NCBI GenBank assembly: GCA_003598085.1
Contig: QZKU01000145.1
Coordinates: 9,123 to 73,122, forward strand
Origin: Candidatus Abyssobacteria bacterium SURF_5
GTDB lineage: Bacteria > Abyssobacteria > SURF-5
Direction of reading: 5' to 3'
DNA length: 64,000 nucleotides
The position numbers were made by a program, and so were the translations under genes. Under the pieces are notes generated by a model. The model did no database searches. It was not told where the DNA came from and saw only the letters and a program-made list of their open reading frames with translations. Positions 19,228 to 26,890 of this stretch are shown one piece after another (the first letter of the stretch is position 1; each line of letters opens with the position of its first letter).

Positions 19228-19437
19228 GTCTCATAAAAGGGGAGGGACGTAAAGTTTGGCCGCTGGTCGGTAGCAAAGAGGTACTTGATTTTTTGATGTA
19301 ATTACTTGCAGATACGCCACTTATAACCGGAGAATGTTTTCAGTCCCGCTGTCTAAGCACCCTCGCATGGAACAGCGGATCGATCCGGACCCGGCGGACA
19401 CATGGGACCGGGTAATCAGGGAGAAGGAGTAGGAGCG

Positions 19438-20730
19438 GTGAACAGGCGTTGCGTAGTGACAGGACTGGGCGTGGTTTCATCGGTGGGGATCGGCAAGGAA
19501 GCGTTTTGGGATTCACTCGTTCATGGACGTTCGGGCGTTTCCTATATTACGCGCTTCGATACATCAAAACTGCCGGTTCATCATGGCGGCGAAGTAAAGA
19601 ACTTCAATCCCACAGACTATATGGACGAACTCCGGGCGCAAATGTCCGGCCGTTACGTTCATTTTGCCGTTGCGGGCACAAAATTGGCGCTCGAGGACGC
19701 CGGCATCGAGCCTGATATGTATGACCGGTCCAGAATGGTCATGTATGGCGGCTCGACCGCGCCGGCGGCTGATTCTATCGAGAGCCACCTTCGAATCGCA
19801 ATCACCGACGACCCGTTCAATGCGCCCCCCTATGCGCTTGCCTCTATCGCAATGCATTCCGCCATAGGAGAAGCCGCCCAGACCGCAAATGTTTTCGATT
19901 CCTCGACCACAATCTCCACACACTGCACTTCCGGCCTGAACGCCATAGGGTTCGGACTCGATGAGATTCGCAAGGGTCGAAAGGATATTGTGGTGGCCGG
20001 CGCAACCGATTGTACGCTCACCTACTACGCTTTCATCAGCTATATCCTCGCGGGTCTGCTGGTGCCGGAGGAAGGGGTTCCACCCGAGAAGATCATGCGC
20101 CCGTATGACAAGAACCGTCGCGGCGGCGTGATGGCGGAGGGAGCGGGATTCCTCGTGCTTGAGGACCTGGAACATGCGCGCGCTCGCGGGGCTCACATTT
20201 ACGGCGAAATCATTGGACACGGGTATAAAGATAAAATCAACCTGTCGAAGTCGACAATGCTGACAATGTCCAGCGCCATCAGGGCGGCGCTTGCCAACGC
20301 ACGAGTAAGACCAACCGACGTGGACTACGTTCTGGCGAACGGCAATTCAACTATCGTGCAAGATAAGATGGAGACAAGGACCCTGAAGGAGGTATTCGGC
20401 GAGCACGCTTATCGATTGCCCGTGAGCGCCATAAAGTCAACGATTGGCATACCGAATTCAGCCATCGGTCCGATGCAGGTGATCGCTGCTTGCCTCGCGT
20501 TTGAATCCAACCTGATCCCTCCCACGATCAATTATGAAACCCCCGACCCCGAATGCGACCTCGACTACGTCCCAAATCACGCGCGGTTCAATCGGGTGAA
20601 TATGGCGGTTGTCAATAATTATGGCATGGACGGCGCCTGCGCCGCCGTACTCGTTAAGAGATACGGCAACGGGGAGGCCGTCTCATTTGGCGGCAGAGAC
20701 GGCGCATGCAAAAGTGACGGCGACAGCTGA
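19438..20730 (+). CDS. FabF-like beta-ketoacyl synthase homolog lacking both catalytic histidines
   Basis: VVTGLGVVS, STHCTSG (Cys kept), RPYDKNRRG, EGAG, IPPTINYETPDPECDLDYVP. NAHGTST is replaced by LANGNST and KSxxGH by KSTIGI. GTG start after AGGAG. Confidence 0.85.
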   Translation: MNRRCVVTGLGVVSSVGIGKEAFWDSLVHGRSGVSYITRFDTSKLPVHHGGEVKNFNPTDYMDELRAQMSGRYVHFAVAGTKLALEDAGIEPDMYDRSRMVMYGGSTAPAADSIESHLRIAITDDPFNAPPYALASIAMHSAIGEAAQTANVFDSSTTISTHCTSGLNAIGFGLDEIRKGRKDIVVAGATDCTLTYYAFISYILAGLLVPEEGVPPEKIMRPYDKNRRGGVMAEGAGFLVLEDLEHARARGAHIYGEIIGHGYKDKINLSKSTMLTMSSAIRAALANARVRPTDVDYVLANGNSTIVQDKMETRTLKEVFGEHAYRLPVSAIKSTIGIPNSAIGPMQVIAACLAFESNLIPPTINYETPDPECDLDYVPNHARFNRVNMAVVNNYGMDGACAAVLVKRYGNGEAVSFGGRDGACKSDGDS

Positions 20731-23277
20731 ATGGATCCGAAACCGATAAGCATTCTCGTTACTGCACTTTTCATTTTCATTCTCGGCACCTATGTCTTCG
20801 CCAAGAATTCCAAAAAGATCATTAATATCTCCTTCCTTGGCCTCGCCTATAGCTGCGGCCTGTGGGCGCTCGCGCTGTTCACCATCAGTATCGAAACCCG
20901 CTATGAGGTGTTGAAGTTTGCGGGCCATATGGCATTCGCCACCGGCGCGCTCCTCACCTGCAATTTCCTTCTGTTCGCGTATGTGTTCCCGGATAAAAGA
21001 GATGAATTCCCGCCGCTGCGAACACTGCTCATCATCTGTGCGCCGGGCGCTCTCATGGCGCTGCTCAGTTTTACGCCTTTTATCATGAAAGATATTGCGT
21101 ACGAAGGCGAGAAGGTCAGGCCGGTATACGGGGCCGGCATCTACATATTGATGTTGTACCACGTCGCCTGCGCCTTCATCGGTTTTTTCCTGCTGGCGCG
21201 GAAATTCCTCAAAACGAAAGTCCGCTTTGAGAGGGTGCAACTGAAATACACCTTCTGGGGAACCCTGCTTTCGGCCATCGGAATCGTCACGTTTGCGCTG
21301 CTTCTGCCCATTGCCGGCGTCTCTCAGTATTCGGGTCCCTTGAGCGCAGTCTTTATCGTGATTGCCAGCGCAAGCCTATCATACGCCATCGTGCGGCACC
21401 GCCTGATGGATCTGGGCGTGGTTTTCAGAAATGTCCTCATCTATATCGGAACGGTCGCGGCGCTTGGCGCCGTTATGGGACTGGTGACTCTCTTCACCCC
21501 TGTCCTGCGCCTGCAGCTCGAAGCAGTTGCCTTCCTCTCGGTTCTGGCGGCTTCGCTCCTGGTGTATCCTGTGCGCAACGGCATCGAGACGCTCGTGGAC
21601 AGGTTCTTCTTTCACGGCCGCTACAATTATCAGGCCGCCCTGACCGAGTTCAGCCATTCGATGACGAAAATCCTGGACCTCGAAGACCTGCAGAACCGGA
21701 TCGTCCATGAGGTGGCCTCCATCCTGCAGGTAAAAAGCGCCACCATCTTGCTTCACGAGACGGGCGAGAAGAAATACACGGTGAGAGCCGCGATACCCAT
21801 AGAACTTGCTGATGCTCACCATGAGATCGGCGCAGACAGCCTCATTATCCGGCAGATGATGCAGGATCACACGCTGCTCGTGAAAGAGGAAATGAAACGC
21901 TCGCTTCCGGTCTCCCGATTTCAGCCGATCGAGAGCGAGTTCGACCAGATACACGCAGAGGTGATCATCCCGCTGTTCTATCGCGAAGATCTGCTCGGAC
22001 TGCTCACATTGGGCGAGAAAATCTCGTCCGATATCTACTCGGTCGAGGACATCAATCTGCTCGTCACGCTCGGCAATCAGGCCGCCGTCGCGCTGGAGAA
22101 CGCACTGCTGCACCACACCGTCATCATGCTCAAGAATCACAACGACAACATCCTCAAGTACATGAGCAGCGGAGTCGTCGCCATCGACAAGAACCGGATG
22201 ATCAACACCTGCAACGACAAAGCCAGGGAAATTCTGCGACTCCCCCAGGACGGCGTCATCCATGGCAAGATCGATCTGCTTCCGTCTCCCCTGCGCGAGA
22301 TGCTTTCCGACACCCTCGCCGGCAAGAACCGGTACTCGAATCAGGAGGTGCAGATATTATCACCCAAAGGCTCGATCTGTTATCTGAGCGCAAGCACATC
22401 GCTGATCAAGGAAGAGAAGGGCGTCGTGACCGGCGCACTGCTGGTGGTAAACGACCTGACCGAGATCAGGATTCTTGAGGGCGAGATGTGGCGGGCAGAC
22501 AAGCTGGCCTCTCTGGGCACACTTGCCGCCGGCATGGCGCACGAAATCAAGAACCCGCTCGTCTCCATCAAGACCTTCGCCCAGTTGCTGCCCACCCGCT
22601 TCGAAGATACGGAATTCCGCGAAAAATTCTCATCCATAACGGTTGACGAGGTCGAGCGAATAAATTCTCTGGTGGAAAAACTCCTCGAATTCGCGCGACC
22701 GACGGCGCCGCTTTTTGAGACGGCTGACATCATCGACCTCATCGAAGAGGTCCTGCTCCTGCTCAGCAACGAGACGTCGAAGGTGGGCGTGACGGTCGTC
22801 CGTAATTTTGACGTCGATTCCGCTCCCATCGTCTGCGATAAGAGCCAGTTTAAGCAGGCCCTGCTCAATTTGTGCCTGAACGCGCTGCAGGCGATCGAGG
22901 CGTCCCGCAACAATTCCCATAAGGAATTGCGCGTCAGCGTCTCGCTCAGGAAAAGCAGATACTCCGGCGGGACTTCCCGCGACCAGGTCTCGGAGATGTT
23001 CTACGGCCTGGACATACCGGCCACCATCGATGACGCCCAGACCGTTGTCATCAAGGTGCGTGATTCAGGACAGGGCATCAGTCGCAAGAACCTCGGCAGG
23101 ATTTTCGATCCGTTCTTTACGACGAAAGAAAAAGGGCTGGGGCTGGGACTGGCCGTCGTTCACGGAATCATCAAGGAACACTCGGGCAGCATCACCGTAG
23201 ACAGCAAAGAGAATGTGGGGACCGAGTTCACCATCTCGCTGCCGGTGACACAGATATTCGCGAAGGAGAGGGCATGA
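20731..23277 (+). CDS. Membrane sensor histidine kinase (N-terminal 7TM-type region, GAF, PAS, HisKA, HATPase)
   Basis: About 9 TM helices; YAIVRHRLMD; GAF region (IPLF..LLGLL.LGEK); MAHEIKNP; NLCLNA, DSGQG, FDPFFTTK, GLGLGL. Confidence 0.92.
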   Translation: MDPKPISILVTALFIFILGTYVFAKNSKKIINISFLGLAYSCGLWALALFTISIETRYEVLKFAGHMAFATGALLTCNFLLFAYVFPDKRDEFPPLRTLLIICAPGALMALLSFTPFIMKDIAYEGEKVRPVYGAGIYILMLYHVACAFIGFFLLARKFLKTKVRFERVQLKYTFWGTLLSAIGIVTFALLLPIAGVSQYSGPLSAVFIVIASASLSYAIVRHRLMDLGVVFRNVLIYIGTVAALGAVMGLVTLFTPVLRLQLEAVAFLSVLAASLLVYPVRNGIETLVDRFFFHGRYNYQAALTEFSHSMTKILDLEDLQNRIVHEVASILQVKSATILLHETGEKKYTVRAAIPIELADAHHEIGADSLIIRQMMQDHTLLVKEEMKRSLPVSRFQPIESEFDQIHAEVIIPLFYREDLLGLLTLGEKISSDIYSVEDINLLVTLGNQAAVALENALLHHTVIMLKNHNDNILKYMSSGVVAIDKNRMINTCNDKAREILRLPQDGVIHGKIDLLPSPLREMLSDTLAGKNRYSNQEVQILSPKGSICYLSASTSLIKEEKGVVTGALLVVNDLTEIRILEGEMWRADKLASLGTLAAGMAHEIKNPLVSIKTFAQLLPTRFEDTEFREKFSSITVDEVERINSLVEKLLEFARPTAPLFETADIIDLIEEVLLLLSNETSKVGVTVVRNFDVDSAPIVCDKSQFKQALLNLCLNALQAIEASRNNSHKELRVSVSLRKSRYSGGTSRDQVSEMFYGLDIPATIDDAQTVVIKVRDSGQGISRKNLGRIFDPFFTTKEKGLGLGLAVVHGIIKEHSGSITVDSKENVGTEFTISLPVTQIFAKERA

Positions 23278-23278
23278 T

Positions 23279-25288
23279 ATGGATGTAGTCGTCATTGCAT
23301 CAAATGAAAACAGCATTCAGGAATCTCTCCGGATGCTGCTCGGCGAACGATACATGGTTCTGGTGGCGCGCTCGCTCCCGCAGCTCATCAATATCGTAAA
23401 CGATCACCCGGTTGATGTGGTCATTCTCGATGAGTTCCTTGGGGCGGAGAACTGCGCCTGGGCGTTCGACCAACTGCGCTCGGTTTCGCCCGAGATTACC
23501 TGCATCGTGCTGGCGCTCCAGACCATATCCGAGGCGGCCAGCGAGCTGCGCGCCAAAGGCGCATACGATATCGTGAGCAAACCCTTTGACCGCGAGGTCC
23601 TCCTGACCGTTATCTCGCGGGCGGTCGAAAGATCGCGCCTGATGGCGCGGCTGGCGGCGGCAAAACAACCCGTCCGCACCACCGAACCGCTCCCCTTCGA
23701 CGCCGTCGAACCGTCGAGCGAGCGAAAGGAGATGCTCGATTCGCTGCGACGATTCCTGCGGGCCGTCACCGACGTGCTTGCGCCCGAGCGCCTGCATGCC
23801 CTCGTGCTCGATGCGGTCGTCGAGATGTTCTCGCTCAATAAGGCCGTCCTGCTCCTCTGGAACGAGGAAAAACAGCGGATGGTGATGAAGGCGGCGGTGG
23901 GCCTCCAGGTGACCGGCCTCGAAGGGTACGAGGCGCCGTGGAAAAGCCTGATGCAGTGGCTCCACCGGCACGACCAGATTCTCAATCTTGACGACCCGGC
24001 GCGGGAGGCCGAGCCGGGCGAGATGCTCGAAGTGCGGAAAGAAATGGCCCTGCTCCAAGGCCGCCTGTGCGTGCCGCTGACGGCAAAAGGAAAAATGAGC
24101 GGCGTGCTCGTGCTGGGCAGGAAGATAACCGGAAAACGCCTCTCGGACGTCGAGATCGAGTTCCTGTACCTGCTTTCCCAGCAGATCGCCGCAATCATCG
24201 AAAATGCCCGGCATCATCGCGCTGTCCTCGTACAGAAGGAACGATACAAAGACATCCTGCAGGGCGTTACTTCCGGCCTCATCGCGACCGATGCCGCCGG
24301 CAGGCTCCTTCTTCTGAATAAGGCGGCCGAGCAAATCCTGAAAGTAAAGGCGGCGGATGTCACCGGACATGACGTCCAGCGGATCGGCTCGATGTTCGCC
24401 GATATCGTCAATCGCACGTTGCGCGAAGGAAAATCGTTTTGCAGGCATGAGGTGACCGACCCGGCCACCAAAGCGCTCCTCGGCATCAGCACCTCGGTCT
24501 TGACCGACGACGCCGGGAAACCCGTCGGTGCGGTCGCGCTCTTCACCGATCTGTCCACCGTCAAGTCCCACGCCGGAATGGATGTCGATGAAGCATGGCA
24601 ACGCTGCGCGCTGTGCATGGCGCAGGAGATCAAGAACCCGCTGGTCGCCATCCGGACCTTCACCCAATTGTTTCCACAGAATTATGCGGACGAAAAATTC
24701 CGAACAGAATTTGCTCAAATTGCGCTCAAGGAGATAGATAAGCTCGATGCCGTCGTCGAGAAACTCCTTAAATTCTCTCAGCCGCTGCAACTTCGTCCGG
24801 AACAGGGCAACATCAATAACCTTATCGAAGAGGCCCTCAACCAGGCCCTGCAGGATGCGGACAAGCCAAACGTGGTGATTAACAAAAATTTCGAGACGGC
24901 CAACGGCATTGGAATGTTCGACAGGAATCTGCTCGGCGAGGCTTTTGTCCAGGTATTCCGGAATGCGCTGGATTCGATGCCTTCGGGCGGAACCCTGAAC
25001 ATCTCGGCTGCAACTCGAACCGGCGAGACCTCCGCCGCCGGCGCCCAGGGAAATGGGTCCTCGGTGCCGACCGTCACGGAAATTTGTATTTCCGACTCCG
25101 GCTCCGGAATCGCACCGGAGGATATGGGCAACCTGTTCAAGCCGTTCTATTCCAAGAAGGTCAAAGGGATGGGCCTCGGCCTGGCGATATCCCGGAAGAT
25201 CATTCAGGGTCATAAAGGCGACATAAGCGTCTTGAGCGAACCGAACCGAGGGACGACCGTGAAGGTAGTTTTACCACATGGAGCATAA
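23279..25288 (+). CDS. REC-GAF-PAS-HisKA-HATPase protein with degenerate H-box (pseudokinase)
   Basis: Atypical receiver (IASNE in place of VVDDE; ILDE and KP kept); H-box MAQEIKNP; intact N, G1, F and G2 boxes. Confidence 0.85.
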   Translation: MDVVVIASNENSIQESLRMLLGERYMVLVARSLPQLINIVNDHPVDVVILDEFLGAENCAWAFDQLRSVSPEITCIVLALQTISEAASELRAKGAYDIVSKPFDREVLLTVISRAVERSRLMARLAAAKQPVRTTEPLPFDAVEPSSERKEMLDSLRRFLRAVTDVLAPERLHALVLDAVVEMFSLNKAVLLLWNEEKQRMVMKAAVGLQVTGLEGYEAPWKSLMQWLHRHDQILNLDDPAREAEPGEMLEVRKEMALLQGRLCVPLTAKGKMSGVLVLGRKITGKRLSDVEIEFLYLLSQQIAAIIENARHHRAVLVQKERYKDILQGVTSGLIATDAAGRLLLLNKAAEQILKVKAADVTGHDVQRIGSMFADIVNRTLREGKSFCRHEVTDPATKALLGISTSVLTDDAGKPVGAVALFTDLSTVKSHAGMDVDEAWQRCALCMAQEIKNPLVAIRTFTQLFPQNYADEKFRTEFAQIALKEIDKLDAVVEKLLKFSQPLQLRPEQGNINNLIEEALNQALQDADKPNVVINKNFETANGIGMFDRNLLGEAFVQVFRNALDSMPSGGTLNISAATRTGETSAAGAQGNGSSVPTVTEICISDSGSGIAPEDMGNLFKPFYSKKVKGMGLGLAISRKIIQGHKGDISVLSEPNRGTTVKVVLPHGA

Positions 25289-25289
25289 G

Positions 25290-26885
25290 ATGCATAAAAT
25301 TCTTGTGGTCGATGACGAATTAAGCGTGCGCGAAGCGTTGCGCATCATCTTGAAGGACAACTTCGAGGTTATCCTGAAGGATTCCGCCGAAGCGGGACTC
25401 GAATACTTGAATTTCAATGAAGTGGATCTCGTGTTTCTCGATATCCTGATGCCGGGGATGTCGGGGCTCGAGGCGCTCAAGATCATCAAAACGCGGCCGC
25501 AGCCGCCGGAGGTAGTCATCGTTACGGCGACGCGTACCGTAAAGAACGCCGTCGAGGCGATGAAGCACGGCGCATTCGAATACGTAACCAAGCCCTTCGA
25601 CGTCGATGAGATCAAGTTGATCGCCGAGCGCGGAATCGAAAATCATCACCTCGTCCTTGAGTGCTCATCGCTCAGGCAGCAGATGGAAAACGAGAAGGAG
25701 CGGTTTTACAAGGAGCTCGAGGGCAAGGTGCGCGAGCGGACGGCGGAGCTCGAGGAAGCCAACCGGAAACTGCGGGAGACACATGAGCAGCTGGTGCGGT
25801 CGGAAAAACTGGCGTCTCTCGGCGAGTTGGTCGCAGGGGTCGCCCACGAACTCAACAATAAGCTGCTGCCCGTCCTCGCGTACGCGCAACTGCTGAAAGA
25901 GCAGAAATTCCCCGACGGCATCCTGCGCTACGTCGATACCATTGAGCGTTCGGCCTCGGCCGCGGCCTCGGTCGTCAGTTCGCTGCTGAATTTCTCGCGT
26001 CCCTCAAGCGCCACCAGAAACCCGGTGGACCTGAACGCGACCATGCGGGAAACCCTTTCTTTGCTCGATTACAAGATCAAGGCCGGCCGCGTGCGCGTCA
26101 AAGTCGAGCTCGAGGAAAGGATTCCGCTTACCATGGCGGATGAAAAGCAGATCGCCCAGGTGTTCCTCAACATCATCAATAATGCGTTTCAGGCGATGGA
26201 GCCGAACGGAGGCGAACTGAACATTCGCTCCACGCGAAAAGGCGACAACATCTTCTTCACGTTCACCGATACCGGCTGCGGGATTTCCGAGGAACACATG
26301 CTGAAAATCTTCGACCCCTTCTTCTCAACGAAAGGCAGCGGAGGCACCGGCCTCGGCCTCAGCGTCTCGCACGGATTGATTAGCGCCCACAAGGGCGAGA
26401 TCACCGTAAAAAGCAAAGTGGGCAAGGGGACCACGTTCACCATTCGACTTCCCATCACGAGAGTCATGGAAGAAAGCGCTGTCAAGGAGGAACCGATCCG
26501 CTATACTCCTCAGAGGACAAAGCCCCGCGTTCTCGTCGCGGAGGATGATCCCGATTGCATGCTGGCGATCACCGATATTCTGAAGGCCGAACATGAGGTT
26601 ATTTCGGTGTGCAATGGCCAGGAGGCGGTGAAAAACCTGAAGAAGGAGAATTTCGACCTCCTGATTGTGGATTGCAGAATGCCGGGCTTGAACGGGGTGG
26701 AATTGTATCGGTGGCTCATCGAGAACAAGAGCGAGCTCCAGCGGCGCGTCATCTTCATGACCGGCGATATTTTCGTGCCCGAAATCAAGTCCTTCCTAGA
26801 GAAATCCGGCTGTCCGTACATCACGAAACCGTTCGTTATGGATGACTTCAAGCGAACGATTACCGCCGCTCTCACGGCGCCATAG
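25290..26885 (+). CDS. Hybrid cytoplasmic histidine kinase/response regulator (REC-HisKA-HATPase-REC)
   Basis: VVDDE..LDILMPG..KPF; VAHELNN; GTGLGL; C-terminal AEDD..VDCRMPG..KPF. Start at ATG 25290 after GGAG (alternative 25278). Confidence 0.92.
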   Translation: MHKILVVDDELSVREALRIILKDNFEVILKDSAEAGLEYLNFNEVDLVFLDILMPGMSGLEALKIIKTRPQPPEVVIVTATRTVKNAVEAMKHGAFEYVTKPFDVDEIKLIAERGIENHHLVLECSSLRQQMENEKERFYKELEGKVRERTAELEEANRKLRETHEQLVRSEKLASLGELVAGVAHELNNKLLPVLAYAQLLKEQKFPDGILRYVDTIERSASAAASVVSSLLNFSRPSSATRNPVDLNATMRETLSLLDYKIKAGRVRVKVELEERIPLTMADEKQIAQVFLNIINNAFQAMEPNGGELNIRSTRKGDNIFFTFTDTGCGISEEHMLKIFDPFFSTKGSGGTGLGLSVSHGLISAHKGEITVKSKVGKGTTFTIRLPITRVMEESAVKEEPIRYTPQRTKPRVLVAEDDPDCMLAITDILKAEHEVISVCNGQEAVKNLKKENFDLLIVDCRMPGLNGVELYRWLIENKSELQRRVIFMTGDIFVPEIKSFLEKSGCPYITKPFVMDDFKRTITAALTAP

Positions 26886-26890
26886 GCGGA

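Noticed and set aside
23300..25213. 637-aa minus-strand ORF (likewise 41813-43786 and 45956-47959)
   Set aside because: Antisense shadows of well-supported genes, expected from GC-rich codon bias.
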